Shown here: positions 1 to 9,846 of the stretch, in pieces | Numbering within the stretch: position 1 is the stretch's first letter | Layout: each line of letters begins with the position of its first letter | Origin: an uncultured Gemmatimonadaceae bacterium | Lineage (GTDB): Bacteria; Gemmatimonadota; Gemmatimonadetes; Gemmatimonadales; Gemmatimonadaceae | NCBI GenBank assembly: GCA_963761305.1 | Contig: CAVXGK010000001.1 | Location: forward strand, 64,001 to 128,000 | DNA: 64,000 bases | Reading direction: 5' to 3' | Notes under the pieces: model-generated | Databases searched by the model: none | What the model was told of the DNA's origin: nothing | Seen by the model: only the letters and a program-made list of their open reading frames with translations | Made by a program: the position numbers and the translations under genes

Positions 1-140
1 TGGACGGGTGGACGGGTGGACGGGGAGAGGTCTGACGTCAGAAGTCAGACGTCGGACGTCGGACTTCTCCGAGCGCGACGTCTGGACCTTCGTTGCCGTG
101 CCCGTCCACCCGTCCACCCGTCCGCCTGTCCACCTGTCAG
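1..140. repeat. Short tandem-repeat patch (GGTGGACG 8-mers and inverted copies, plus GACGTCG/A 7-mers)
   Basis: tggacgggtggacgggtggacgg at 1-23 and complementary ccgtccacccgtccacccgtcc at ~102-123; same motif recurs across the window. Confidence 0.7.
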
Positions 141-2533
141 TCCGCCGCATTCGACCTCGCGACCTTCTGCGCGTCGAGCGCCGAGCGAACGACGCGAGAG
201 AGCGTCGCCGGATTGAACGGCTTGCGCACGAACACGACGGCGGGATCGAGCTCGTACTGCGACAGAGCGTCGTCGGCGTAGCCGGACATGTAGACCACGA
301 TCGGACGGTCGCGCGTCGCGGAATACTTCGCGACGAGCTGTGGACCGCTCGTGCGTGGCATCACGATGTCGGTGAGCAGCAGATCCACGTGCCGCGCGCC
401 GGCGATCTCCATCGCTTCCTGTGCGTCGCGGGCGATCAGCACGTTGTAGCCGCGCTCCTGCAACGTGCGCCGCGCCAGAATGCGAACGTCTTCCGCGTCT
501 TCGACGATCAGCACCGTCTCGGTGCCGCGCGGCAATTCGCCGTCGTCGCCCGCCTGCGGCTCTCCGCCGCCGACCATGTCCGACGCGGGAAGCAGGATGG
601 TAAACGTCGTGCCGCGGCCCGGCGTGCTGTCCACGCCGACCGTGCCGCCCGACTGGTTGACGATGCCGTACACGGTCGAGAGGCCGAGGCCGGTGCCCTT
701 CCCCGGTTCCTTGGTCGTGAAGAACGGTTCGAACGCGCGCTCGCGCACGTCGTCGGTCATGCCTGCACCTGTGTCGCTCACCGCCAATTCAACCGCGCTG
801 GCCCCGTTCGGCGTCACCACCGTGCGCGTGCCAATCGTGAGCTTGCCGCCGGCGCCCCCGCGGCGACCCTCGGTGGGCGACATCGCGTCGCGGGCGTTGA
901 CGGCGAGGTTCAGCAGCACCTGCTCGAGCTGTCCGCGGTCGGCGCGGACACGGGCCAATGGACCGGCCGATTCGATGAATAACTCGATGTTCTCGCCGAT
1001 GATGCGTTGCAGCATTGGCGCGATGCCGTCGACGACGGCGCCCAGATCGAGCACCGTCGGCTGGAGCACCTGCTTGCGGCTGAAGGCGAGCAACTGGTGC
1101 GTGAGATTGGCCGCGCGGTCCGACGCGTCGACCACCTGGCGCAGGTCGGCCGCTTCGGGCGTGCCCTGCGGCGTACGCATCAGCGCGAGCTGCGTGTAGC
1201 CGGTGATGACCGTTATGAGATTGTTGAAGTCGTGCGCGATGCCGCCGGCGAGCGTGCCGATGGCCTCGAGCTTCTGCGACTGGCGAAGCTGCGCCTGGCT
1301 CTCGCGGAGCGCCTGCTCGACTCGCCGGCGCTCGCCGATCTCGTCGGTGAGCACGACGTTCGCGGTGATCAGTTCGGCGGTTCGCTCTTCCAGCTCTCGG
1401 CGCCGCGCGGCGAGCGAATCCATGAGCTGGTTGAACGACTCGTTGAGCGTGCGCACCTCGAGCGCCTCGTTCGACGCGTCGAAGCGGCCCTGTCGTTCCT
1501 CGGCGGTCGCGCCCGAGCGCATGTAGCCGATGAACCGCGTCACCGGCCCGAGCACGGTGCGCGCCGTGAACGCCGCGCCGACGGCGGCGACGAACACGGC
1601 GAAGGCGCCGTAGATGAAAAACTTGGTCCGCAGCGGCCGCAGGAGGGCGGTGACGCGCGACGTGAGCGGATGCAGCATCCAGAGCCGCACCGGCTCGCGC
1701 GATTGCGTCTCGCCGAGGAGCACCGGCGCCACGACGTAGTCGTCGCCTTCGACGCGCACGGTGACCGCGGCGGTGTCGGTGCCGCGCGCGGCGAGCAGCG
1801 GCGCCGCCGCGGCCGCGTCCACGACCGAATCGCCCGCGGCGACGACGACGGCACCCGCGGTGAGGATGACGCCCGCGTCGGAGGTGGCGCGCGCGGCGTT
1901 GATGAAGGCCGAGTCGAGCCGCCGCCCGAGCACGAGCGAGCCGAGCGTGATGCCGGCCTGCACGAGCGGGTACGCGGCGACCTGGTAGTAGCCGACATCG
2001 GTGCGCAGCACGCCGAGGCCTCCGACGTCAGCCGGTGCCCGCGGGTCGAGCGCGTGCGCGACGGCGCCGAGCGATGTGAGGTTCGTTCCGCGCGGTACCG
2101 TGACACCGTTGGAGCCCGCCGCGGCAAAGACGCGTCCTGAGTCGTCGGTGACGAGCAACAGGTTGCCGCCGACGCGACGCAGGCGCGCGTTCAGCTCGTC
2201 CTCCATCGTGTTGACGAGATCGGTGCGCGTGCGCCCGGCGGTGTTCTTCTCCGAGCGATAGATGGACAGGTCGTACTGGAAGCTCGGCGTCTGCGTGATG
2301 AGACCGGCGGCGAAGACGAGCTGCGACGCGTCGTGGGCCTCGATCTGCTGCAGCGTCTTTTGATTTCTCAGAAGCTCGTCGCTGAGCGAGCGCTCGGTGC
2401 TGCCGCGGATCTCGACGCTGAGCGCGAGGAAGGCGAGGAAGACGACGACGGCGGTCACCGCGGCGCCCAGCGCGGCGAGCTTGACGCTCAACGCGCTGCG
2501 GCGAAGCCGGATGAGAAGCGACGCGTCGGCCAT
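137..2533 (-). CDS. Membrane hybrid sensor histidine kinase/response regulator
   Basis: Two TM segments, H-box AGGIAHDFNN, NLAVNARDAM, FFTTK..GKGTGLGL, C-terminal receiver (LIVED, LLTDIVMP, KPF). Confidence 0.95.
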   Translation of the reverse strand: MADASLLIRLRRSALSVKLAALGAAVTAVVVFLAFLALSVEIRGSTERSLSDELLRNQKTLQQIEAHDASQLVFAAGLITQTPSFQYDLSIYRSEKNTAGRTRTDLVNTMEDELNARLRRVGGNLLLVTDDSGRVFAAAGSNGVTVPRGTNLTSLGAVAHALDPRAPADVGGLGVLRTDVGYYQVAAYPLVQAGITLGSLVLGRRLDSAFINAARATSDAGVILTAGAVVVAAGDSVVDAAAAAPLLAARGTDTAAVTVRVEGDDYVVAPVLLGETQSREPVRLWMLHPLTSRVTALLRPLRTKFFIYGAFAVFVAAVGAAFTARTVLGPVTRFIGYMRSGATAEERQGRFDASNEALEVRTLNESFNQLMDSLAARRRELEERTAELITANVVLTDEIGERRRVEQALRESQAQLRQSQKLEAIGTLAGGIAHDFNNLITVITGYTQLALMRTPQGTPEAADLRQVVDASDRAANLTHQLLAFSRKQVLQPTVLDLGAVVDGIAPMLQRIIGENIELFIESAGPLARVRADRGQLEQVLLNLAVNARDAMSPTEGRRGGAGGKLTIGTRTVVTPNGASAVELAVSDTGAGMTDDVRERAFEPFFTTKEPGKGTGLGLSTVYGIVNQSGGTVGVDSTPGRGTTFTILLPASDMVGGGEPQAGDDGELPRGTETVLIVEDAEDVRILARRTLQERGYNVLIARDAQEAMEIAGARHVDLLLTDIVMPRTSGPQLVAKYSATRDRPIVVYMSGYADDALSQYELDPAVVFVRKPFNPATLSRVVRSALDAQKVARSNAAD

Positions 2534-2541
2534 GTGGGGCG

Positions 2542-3342
2542 TTACGGCTTCGCCGGCGCGAGCGGAATGTTGAAGTCGACCATCGTCGTCTGTCCGGCGA
2601 CGACGTGCACGCGCTTCACGACGGCCTTTGCGCGCTCGTGCCAGCCGAGGATGGTGTAGTCGCCCTCGGGCACGTCGTCGATGACGTAGCGACGGTCATC
2701 GGTGGGGACGGCGAAAAACGGATTGGACAGCACGAGCACGACGGCGCTCATGTCCGAATGAATGTGGCAGAACACCTGCACGGTTCCCGGCGTGTCGAAC
2801 GTCCACGACTTGGACGACCCTTTGGGGTAGCGGCCGAGGTCGAACCCCTTGCCGTTGGCCGCGGCCGCGCTCGAGAGTGAGAACACATTGTGATAGACGT
2901 TGTCCTCGTTGGGAAACTGGACAACGGCGCCGCGCACGACGGGGAGCACGTGCGGGACGAAGCGCTCGTCGTGCTGGGCGATGCTGCCGTGGCGGTATCG
3001 CTCGAGGCGCTCCGGCGAAGCGGGCAGCGCGGTGGAGTCGCCGTCGAGGTAGATGACGACGTTCTTGAGCTCCGCCGCCAATGGGTCGCGCGATTCGCGC
3101 GGCGCGATCGACCCGGTGCCCGGGTCGGCGTAAATGCGGAAGTCGGGACGCCGTGCGGCGAGCGCGGTCGAGACGACGACGTTGCCGGCGATGCTGCCGG
3201 TAGACCGGTGGACAGCTGGACGGGAACTGACGGCTGACGGCTGACGGCTGGTGGGTAGTTCACCCGTCCACCCGTCTACCTGTCCGCCTGTCCACCCGCC
3301 CACCAGGGCGGCAATCACCACCAACGTCAGAGTGCGCAACAT
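2542..3342 (-). CDS. Secreted cupredoxin-like/carboxypeptidase-regulatory-like domain protein
   Basis: Signal peptide MLRTLTLVVIAAL; FPNEDNVYHNVFS and FCHIHSDM copper-ligand-type motifs; directly upstream of the kinase; start moved to ATG 3342. Confidence 0.75.
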   Translation of the reverse strand: MLRTLTLVVIAALVGGWTGGQVDGWTGELPTSRQPSAVSSRPAVHRSTGSIAGNVVVSTALAARRPDFRIYADPGTGSIAPRESRDPLAAELKNVVIYLDGDSTALPASPERLERYRHGSIAQHDERFVPHVLPVVRGAVVQFPNEDNVYHNVFSLSSAAAANGKGFDLGRYPKGSSKSWTFDTPGTVQVFCHIHSDMSAVVLVLSNPFFAVPTDDRRYVIDDVPEGDYTILGWHERAKAVVKRVHVVAGQTTMVDFNIPLAPAKP

Positions 3343-3383
3343 GGGGCGATCGCGCCGACCGCTGCGCGATCCGCGCCCGTCAC

Positions 3384-3725
3384 TCACTCTTCGTAGCGGC
3401 CGGGCCGCGCGGGTCGATCTTCCTCGTCGACGTCGTCGTATTCGTCGTCGAGATCCACGAGCTCGTCGTCGAACTCGTCGTCCTCATCGTCCTCGTCGTC
3501 CTCGTCGTCTTCGTCGTCCTCATCATCGAGGTCGTCGTCATCCTCATCCCCATCGTCTTCGTCGTCCTCGTCATCGAAGTCGACGTCGTCATCCAGGTCC
3601 TCATCGTCCTCGTCGCCGTCGAGATCCTCGTCGTCGTCGAGGGGTTCGTCGTCGAGATCGTCGTCATCGGGCTTCTTGGCGTTCAGAAGCCACGACAGGT
3701 CCGACGACTCGAACATGGCCGACAT
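3384..3725 (-). CDS. Extremely Asp/Glu-rich small protein
   Basis: 113 aa; AGGAG upstream; GAC/GAG codon periodicity; short N-terminal non-acidic segment. Confidence 0.7.
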   Translation of the reverse strand: MSAMFESSDLSWLLNAKKPDDDDLDDEPLDDDEDLDGDEDDEDLDDDVDFDDEDDEDDGDEDDDDLDDEDDEDDEDDEDDEDDEFDDELVDLDDEYDDVDEEDRPARPGRYEE

Positions 3726-3795
3726 TGCTCGGTTCTCCTGTGGAGATCGAAGTGTGAAGAAGGGGTCGAGAAAGGTATCGCGTTTCCGCGGATCG

Positions 3796-5631
3796 TCACC
3801 CCGACGCGCGTTCGCGCTTGGCCTCGCGCGACTGGCGCTTACGGTCAGACGTGCTCAGGAAGCGTTTGCGCAACCGGATCGCCTGCGGGGTTACCTCGAT
3901 CAGCTCGTCGTCCTCGATATACTCCAAGGCGGCTTCCAGAGTCAACTCCCGCGGCGGCTCCAGCTGGATGTTCTCGTCGCTGGCCTTGCTGCGCATGTTG
4001 GTGAGCTTTTTCTCCTTCGTCGGGTTTACGTCCATGTCACCCGGCCGAGCGGATTCCCCGACGATCATCCCTTCGTACACCGCGTCTCCCGGCTGCACGA
4101 ACAGCGTGGAGCGCTCCTGAAGGTTGGCCAGGGCGAACGCGACGATCGTGCCATGCTCCATGGACACCAAAGACCCGCGCATCCTGCCCGCCAACGGTCC
4201 GGCCCACGGCCCGTAATCCAGAAATCGGTGATGCATGATCCCCGTTCCCCGCGTGTCGGTGAGGAACTCGGAACGATACCCGAATAATCCGCGGGCGGGA
4301 ATCCGATAGAGCAGGCGGACCAGCCCCTGCCCCGGATTCTTCATCTCGAGCATCTCGCCGCGTCGAGGACCCAGCTTCTCGATCACGTTGCCGAGGAACT
4401 CCTCGGGGACGTCGATCGACAGCTCCTCGTACGGTTCCAGGCGTTCGCCGCGCGGGCCCTCGCGCGTAATGACGCGCGGGCGCGATACCTGGAACTCGTA
4501 CCCTTCGCGGCGCATGGTCTCCATCAGGATCGTGAGATGCAGCTCGCCGCGTCCGGAGACGGTCCACGTATCGGTTGAATCGGTGTCCTCGACGCGCAGC
4601 GCGACGTTGCGCTCGAGCTCGCGGTAAAGCCGCTCACGCACCTGGCGCGAGGTGACGAACTTCCCGTCCTTGCCGGCGAACGGCGAGTTGTTGACGATGA
4701 AATCCACCGAGATCGTCGGCTCCTCGACGGCGATCCCTTCGAGCCGGTCCGGATGCTCGATGTCGGCCAAGGTGAGGCCGATCTCGACGCCCTCGAGGCC
4801 CGCGAGCGCGACGATCTCTCCCGCCGGCGCCTCCGGCACCTCGACGCGGTCCAGTCCATCGAATGTGTAGAGCTTGGTAATGCGAGACTGCTCGGCCGGC
4901 TGCGTCGGGTCGAGCGGCAAGAGGGCGATGACGTCACCGACGTGCGCCACGCCGCGCTCGATGCGCCCGATGGCCAGACGGCCGAGGTACGGCGAGTGGT
5001 CGATCGTCGACACGAGCATCTGAAACGGACTCGTAGCATCGCTCGGCGGCGGCGGCACCTTGGCCACGATCGTCTCGAAAAGCGGCGTGAGATCCTGGAG
5101 CGGATGGTCCATGTCCATCGTCGCCGTGCCGTCGCGCGCCGAAACGTAGACGACCGGTGCGTCGAGCTGCGCGGCATCGGCCTCCAGCTCGATGAAGAGG
5201 TCGAGGACTTCGTCATGAACCCGGAGCGGATCCGCTCCGGGTCTGTCGATCTTGTTGATGACGACGATGGGCGTGCGTCCCAGCGCCAACGCTTTGCGTA
5301 GCACGAAGCGCGTCTGGGGCATCGGTCCATCGAACGCGTCGACGACGAGCAGGACGCCGTCGACCATGCGCAGGATCCGCTCGACCTCGCCGCCGAAATC
5401 GGCGTGGCCCGGCGTGTCGACGATGTTGATCTTCGAGCCGTGCCACACCACGGCGGTGTTCTTGGCGAGGATCGTGATCCCCCGCTCGCGCTCGAGCGGG
5501 TTCGAATCCATGACGCGCTCCTGGACAACCTGGTTGTCCCGGAACGCTCCGGCCTGCCGCAACATCTTGTCCACGAGCGTTGTTTTGCCGTGATCGACGT
5601 GGGCGATAATAGCGATGTTGCGAATCTGCAT
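3796..5631 (-). CDS. typA: Translational GTPase TypA/BipA
   Basis: [49 protein letters not shown]; start at MQIRN. Confidence 0.98.
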   Translation of the reverse strand: MQIRNIAIIAHVDHGKTTLVDKMLRQAGAFRDNQVVQERVMDSNPLERERGITILAKNTAVVWHGSKINIVDTPGHADFGGEVERILRMVDGVLLVVDAFDGPMPQTRFVLRKALALGRTPIVVINKIDRPGADPLRVHDEVLDLFIELEADAAQLDAPVVYVSARDGTATMDMDHPLQDLTPLFETIVAKVPPPPSDATSPFQMLVSTIDHSPYLGRLAIGRIERGVAHVGDVIALLPLDPTQPAEQSRITKLYTFDGLDRVEVPEAPAGEIVALAGLEGVEIGLTLADIEHPDRLEGIAVEEPTISVDFIVNNSPFAGKDGKFVTSRQVRERLYRELERNVALRVEDTDSTDTWTVSGRGELHLTILMETMRREGYEFQVSRPRVITREGPRGERLEPYEELSIDVPEEFLGNVIEKLGPRRGEMLEMKNPGQGLVRLLYRIPARGLFGYRSEFLTDTRGTGIMHHRFLDYGPWAGPLAGRMRGSLVSMEHGTIVAFALANLQERSTLFVQPGDAVYEGMIVGESARPGDMDVNPTKEKKLTNMRSKASDENIQLEPPRELTLEAALEYIEDDELIEVTPQAIRLRKRFLSTSDRKRQSREAKRERASG

Positions 5632-5774
5632 AGCCTTTAAAGTTAAGGCACCGGGCGGGCTTGGTGGCAGTGCTGGGGGCGTTGACTGATGACTGTGGTA
5701 CTGGCGTTTGGGCACTGGAGGCGTCAGCATCAGCGTCACCTGATGCTGACGCTGATGCTGATGCTAGAGTCTCG

Positions 5775-5930
5775 CCCCCGCAGCGATCCGTATCAGGCCA
5801 CGGCCCTCAGCCGTCAGATGGGGCCGTCAGACCGGGGCGCCTGCCGTAACCGATCGGTCGTCAGCCGCGAGCCGAGCCGTTCCGGGTAACCCTTGCGTAA
5901 CAGCTCGGTCGAACGCACACTGAAAAGGGG
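5775..5930 (-). ncRNA. Candidate 6S-like rod-shaped RNA
   Basis: On the minus strand 5' CCCC..CAGTGTGCGT pairs with 3' ACGGATCGCTGCGGGGG, and AGCTGTTA pairs with TGACGGCT, leaving internal loops; ~156 nt intergenic. Confidence 0.45.
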
Positions 5931-5981
5931 TGTATCCCCCAAGGACAAGTCCCAGGACGCCATTCGCGGAGGGTTGGGACC

Positions 5982-6176
5982 ATGAATCAGGCGGAAGACG
6001 CCGCGTTGGAGAATTACCCGCACGGCCGCGGCTACGGACATGACTACATGCGCGGCGGCGAGGTACTCGGCGGATACGGGTACGCGGAACGCGACGAATA
6101 CGCGAAGGCTCGCGGCGAATTGACTGGCGAGCACCCGGTCCAGGAACGCGAACAGCAAGAGGTTGTTGAGACGTAG
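5982..6176 (+). CDS. Small hypothetical protein (64 aa, Gly/Tyr/Glu-rich)
   Basis: GGAGG upstream, strong third-position GC bias. Confidence 0.55.
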   Translation: MNQAEDAALENYPHGRGYGHDYMRGGEVLGGYGYAERDEYAKARGELTGEHPVQEREQQEVVET

Positions 6177-6258
6177 GACCGGAGCAGGTGAGATAGAAGT
6201 CTGAGGTCAGATATCAGACGTCTGACGTCCGATGTCTCGTTAGAGCCTCAACTTCTCC

Positions 6259-7209
6259 TCAAGGGTGCAGGTGCAACTCCCTCCCCCCCAGCGCCTCGCA
6301 CTCCAATTGAACGGTCACGTGGTGGATGCCCATCTCCAGCAGGAGATCGTGGGCTTGCTCGAGCACACCCTGGTGGCAGCCCGCGTCGCGAACGATGGCG
6401 TGGGCGCTCAGGGCGACCATCCCTGACGTCACGGTCCACACGTGCAGGTCGTGGACTGATTCGACGTTGGGGATGGACTCGAGCTTGGAGCGCACCGCGT
6501 CGAGCGCGATGTGCGCGGGAGCCGCTTCGAGCAGGACGTCGACCGATTCGCGGACGAGCCGCCACGAGCCGGTGATGATCAGCAGCGTCGTCACGAGCGA
6601 CGCGATCGGATCGGCGCCGAACCAGCCGCTGAAGCGAATGACCACCGCGGCCACCACGGTTCCGCCCGACGCGAGCATGTCGCCGAGCACGTGGAGATAA
6701 GCGCCGCGCACGTTGAGGCTGCCTTCGCGCACTCCGTGCAGCAGCCACACGGCGACGCCGTTCACCACGAACCCGAGAATCGCGATGCCCATCATCAGGC
6801 CGCCGGACACGGGCTCGGGATGCTTGAACCGCGAAATCGCTTCGATGACGATCCACACCGAGATCAGCATCAGCGTGGCGCCGTTGATCAGCGCGGCGAG
6901 AATCTCCCAGCGCAGATAGCCGAACGTCTTCGCCCCCGAGCCCGGCTGTCGCGCCAGCCACGCGACGAAGAGCGAGAGCCCGAGCGCGCCGGCGTCGGTG
7001 AGCACGTGGCCGGCGTCGGCGAGCAAGGCCAGCGAGTTGGACAGCCAGCCGCCGACTCCCTCTGCGATGAGAATGACGACCGTGAGCCCCAGCGACCACT
7101 TGAGCGCGCGCGTCGAGGCGGCGGTCCCACCGTGCGTGTGAGAGTGCCCGTGCGCGTGATCGTGGTGATGGTCGTGCCCGGGGTGGTGATGATCGTGTGA
7201 ATGCGCCAT
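6259..7209 (-). CDS. Cation diffusion facilitator (CzcD/ZitB-like Zn/Co/Cd exporter)
   Basis: His-rich N-terminus, SLALLADAGHVLTD, LHVLGD, VHDLHVW. Confidence 0.95.
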   Translation of the reverse strand: MAHSHDHHHPGHDHHHDHAHGHSHTHGGTAASTRALKWSLGLTVVILIAEGVGGWLSNSLALLADAGHVLTDAGALGLSLFVAWLARQPGSGAKTFGYLRWEILAALINGATLMLISVWIVIEAISRFKHPEPVSGGLMMGIAILGFVVNGVAVWLLHGVREGSLNVRGAYLHVLGDMLASGGTVVAAVVIRFSGWFGADPIASLVTTLLIITGSWRLVRESVDVLLEAAPAHIALDAVRSKLESIPNVESVHDLHVWTVTSGMVALSAHAIVRDAGCHQGVLEQAHDLLLEMGIHHVTVQLECEALGGRELHLHP

Positions 7210-7299
7210 GACACTCCGTCAATCGTTCGCCGTCGCCCGCCGTTCCCCGTCGCCCTCGTCAGGATCGACGGTGACCGACGGCCGCCCTAGATTCAGCCC

Positions 7300-8634
7300 G
7301 TGCTCGCGCGCCTGATCGCCATCGCCGTTCTCCTGCTCGTGAACGGCTTCTTCGTCGCCGCCGAGTTCGCGTTGGTGCGGTCGCGGAGGACTCGGCTGGA
7401 GTCGATCGCGCGCACCGGCGACTGGAAGGCCCGGCTCGCCATGCGCGCCTCGGGAAATCTCGCCCGGGTCTACTCGGCAAGCCAGTTGGGAGTGACGCTC
7501 GCAAGCCTCGGGCTGGGCGCGCTCGCCGAGAGCGCGCTGGGCGGCATGTTCGCGAGCGAGCTCGCCAGGCTGCCGTTCTTCATTGAGGTTTCTTTGCGCG
7601 TCGGCGTCGGCGCGGCGATCGCGCTGACGATCGTCACTTTCCTGCACGTCGTGTTCGGCGAACTGGCGCCGCGAGGCGTGGCGCTGGCGCATCCCGAGGA
7701 CGTCGCGCGCTGGCTGACGCCGCCGCTGCTGGGATTCGCCTGGCTGATGACGCCGTTCACGAACCTGCTGACTCGCTCGTCGCAGGTGGTACTGCGCGCC
7801 TTTGGGCTCCGCGCGACGCGCGAAAACGTCCACTCGGCGGAAGAGCTGCGCATGCTCGTCGAGCAGAGCGAGGAGGGCGGCGCGATCCAGACGCAGGACG
7901 CCGACCTGCTCGAGGGCGTGTTCGAGTTTTCGGAAAAGAACGCGCGCGACGTGATGACGCCGCGCACCGCGATCGACGCGCTGCCGATCGACGCGTCGCT
8001 GGACGAGACGGTCGCGCTGATCACGGAGAGCCAGCGGTCGCGCTACCCGGTGTACGAAAACACGATCGACGACATCATCGGCATCGTGCTGGCCAAGGAC
8101 GTGATTCCGATCCTGGCCGCGCCGCGGCGGGAGTTCTCCCTGCGCAGCATCGCGCGCAAGGTCCACGTCGTCCCCGGCTCGCGCCAGGTCGAGGAAGTGC
8201 TCGCCGACTTCAAGCGCCTCAAAGAGCACATGGCGATCGTGCTCGACGAGTACGGCGGCACGGCGGGGCTGGTCACGATGGAGGACTTGCTCGAGGAGAT
8301 CGTCGGCGAGATTCTCGACGAGTACGACGAGCAGCCGGAGCATCCCGAGCGCACGAGCGCCGACATCGTCATCGTCCCCGGCGCGACGGACGTGGCCGAG
8401 TTGAACGAGCGCTACGGGCTCAAGGTGCCCGAAGACGACTACACGACCATCGGCGGCTACGTCTTCGGCGCGCTCGGTCGGCTGCCGACGGTCGGCGATC
8501 GCGTGTCGGCCGGCGGCGCGGTGTTCAGCGTGACCGAGATGGACGGTCGCCGCGTGGACTCGTTGGCCGTCAACCTCAGCGCGGGTCGTATCACGCGGGC
8601 GAACGAGAACAACAACAACGACAACAAACCGTAG
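7300..8634 (+). CDS. Hemolysin-family/CNNM (DUF21-CBS-CorC) protein
   Basis: NGFFVAAEFALV, GELAP, SRYPVY, DEYGGTAGLVTMEDLLEEIVGEI. Confidence 0.95.
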   Translation: MLARLIAIAVLLLVNGFFVAAEFALVRSRRTRLESIARTGDWKARLAMRASGNLARVYSASQLGVTLASLGLGALAESALGGMFASELARLPFFIEVSLRVGVGAAIALTIVTFLHVVFGELAPRGVALAHPEDVARWLTPPLLGFAWLMTPFTNLLTRSSQVVLRAFGLRATRENVHSAEELRMLVEQSEEGGAIQTQDADLLEGVFEFSEKNARDVMTPRTAIDALPIDASLDETVALITESQRSRYPVYENTIDDIIGIVLAKDVIPILAAPRREFSLRSIARKVHVVPGSRQVEEVLADFKRLKEHMAIVLDEYGGTAGLVTMEDLLEEIVGEILDEYDEQPEHPERTSADIVIVPGATDVAELNERYGLKVPEDDYTTIGGYVFGALGRLPTVGDRVSAGGAVFSVTEMDGRRVDSLAVNLSAGRITRANENNNNDNKP

Positions 8635-8685
8635 GCCTGCGCGCCCAGACCGGCTTTGATTCGCCGATCGGAGATCAACGGGGGG

Positions 8686-8830
8686 AAAACGGAAACAGAC
8701 AGAGTGAACGGACACAAACTGAGAAGAAAAACTCTTTGGAACGGACGCTCGGATTGGCCTCGAGCGGCTAACCGAGGCAGTTCCCAAAGAAGTTTTTTTC
8801 TCCGTTTGGTTCAAGCCGTTTTTTTCGGTT
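8686..8830. repeat. AT-rich imperfect inverted repeat between convergent genes
   Basis: CAAACTGAGAAGAAAAACTCTTTGGAAC vs GTTCCCAAAGAAGTTTTTTTCTCCGTTTG; GAACGGACACAAAC motif also at ~20761. Confidence 0.55.
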
Positions 8831-8886
8831 CACACTGCGACTGCCAGCATGGCGACGGAACGGTTCCCGACCACGGAACGCCGTCG

Positions 8887-9828
8887 TTATTCGGCAGTCG
8901 CAGGCTCAGGCTTCGGCGAACGTTGAGCGATGCGCGCGCACAGGAGGATCGCTTCGATCATGCTCGACGCATCGGCGATTCCCTTGCCGGCGATGTCGAG
9001 CGCGGTGCCGTGATCCGGCGACGTGCGCGGGAACGGCAGACCCAGCGTGACGTTCACCGCGCTGCCGAATGACGCGACCTTGATCGCCGTCATGCCGACG
9101 TCGTGATACGGCGCGATGACCGCGTCGAACTCGCCCCGCATCGCGCGCAGGAACACCGTGTCGGCGGGAAACGGACCCGCGATGCCGGCCTCGATGGCGG
9201 CGGGACGCAGCACGTCGTCGTCCTCGGTGCCGAAACGTCCGCCGTCTCCCGCGTGCGGATTCAGCGCGCAGAGCGCGATCGTCGGCTCGGCGATGCCAAA
9301 CCAGTCGGTGAGACCGCGGCGCGTGATGTTCGCCGCGGACACGATCGCGTCGCTCGTCACCGCCGACGGCACGTCGCGCAACGGGAGATGCGTGGTCGCG
9401 AGCACGACGCGCAGCGGATTCGTCGTGCCGGGTGACGGACGCGTGGCGGCCAACATCATGGCGACTCTGCGTCCCGTGTACGACGCGATCATCTCCGTGT
9501 GGCCGGGGAACCGGTAGCCGCCGGCAAGCAGCGCGGCCTTGTCGATCGGCGCGGTGACGATGCCGTCGACGTCTCCCTGAAGCGCGAGCGCCACCGCCCG
9601 TTCGATCGCACGCCCGGCAAAGCGGCCCGCGTCGGCGCGCGAACCACCATGCGTCCACGAGCCCGTCCGTTCGTCGACGTCGATGCCGGCGCCCGACGGA
9701 CCGACGAAAACGAGATCGGCGGCATCGCGCACTTCGCGCGACGCCGCCGCTTTCTCGATGATCTCCGGTCCGATTCCGCGAACGTCGCCGAGCGTGACGG
9801 CGAGACGCGTCTTGCGGTTCGCGCTCAC
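8887..9828 (-). CDS. pdxA: 4-hydroxythreonine-4-phosphate dehydrogenase
   Basis: GIGPEI, FPGHTE, LNPHAG, YHDVG, RTSPDHGTALDIAG. Confidence 0.97.
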   Translation of the reverse strand: MSANRKTRLAVTLGDVRGIGPEIIEKAAASREVRDAADLVFVGPSGAGIDVDERTGSWTHGGSRADAGRFAGRAIERAVALALQGDVDGIVTAPIDKAALLAGGYRFPGHTEMIASYTGRRVAMMLAATRPSPGTTNPLRVVLATTHLPLRDVPSAVTSDAIVSAANITRRGLTDWFGIAEPTIALCALNPHAGDGGRFGTEDDDVLRPAAIEAGIAGPFPADTVFLRAMRGEFDAVIAPYHDVGMTAIKVASFGSAVNVTLGLPFPRTSPDHGTALDIAGKGIADASSMIEAILLCARIAQRSPKPEPATAE

Positions 9829-9846
9829 GCCCGGTGTCTCGTTCCC

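Noticed and set aside
5720..5766. GCTGAT/GCTGAC 6-mer repeat as an N-terminal extension of TypA
   Set aside because: It is a short inverted simple repeat upstream; TypA homology begins at MQIRN (5631)
7219..8814. Long antisense ORFs (e.g. 7219-8814, 14866-16374, 51963-54167, 61055-62593)
   Set aside because: Shadow frames of well-supported genes, expected in high-GC DNA
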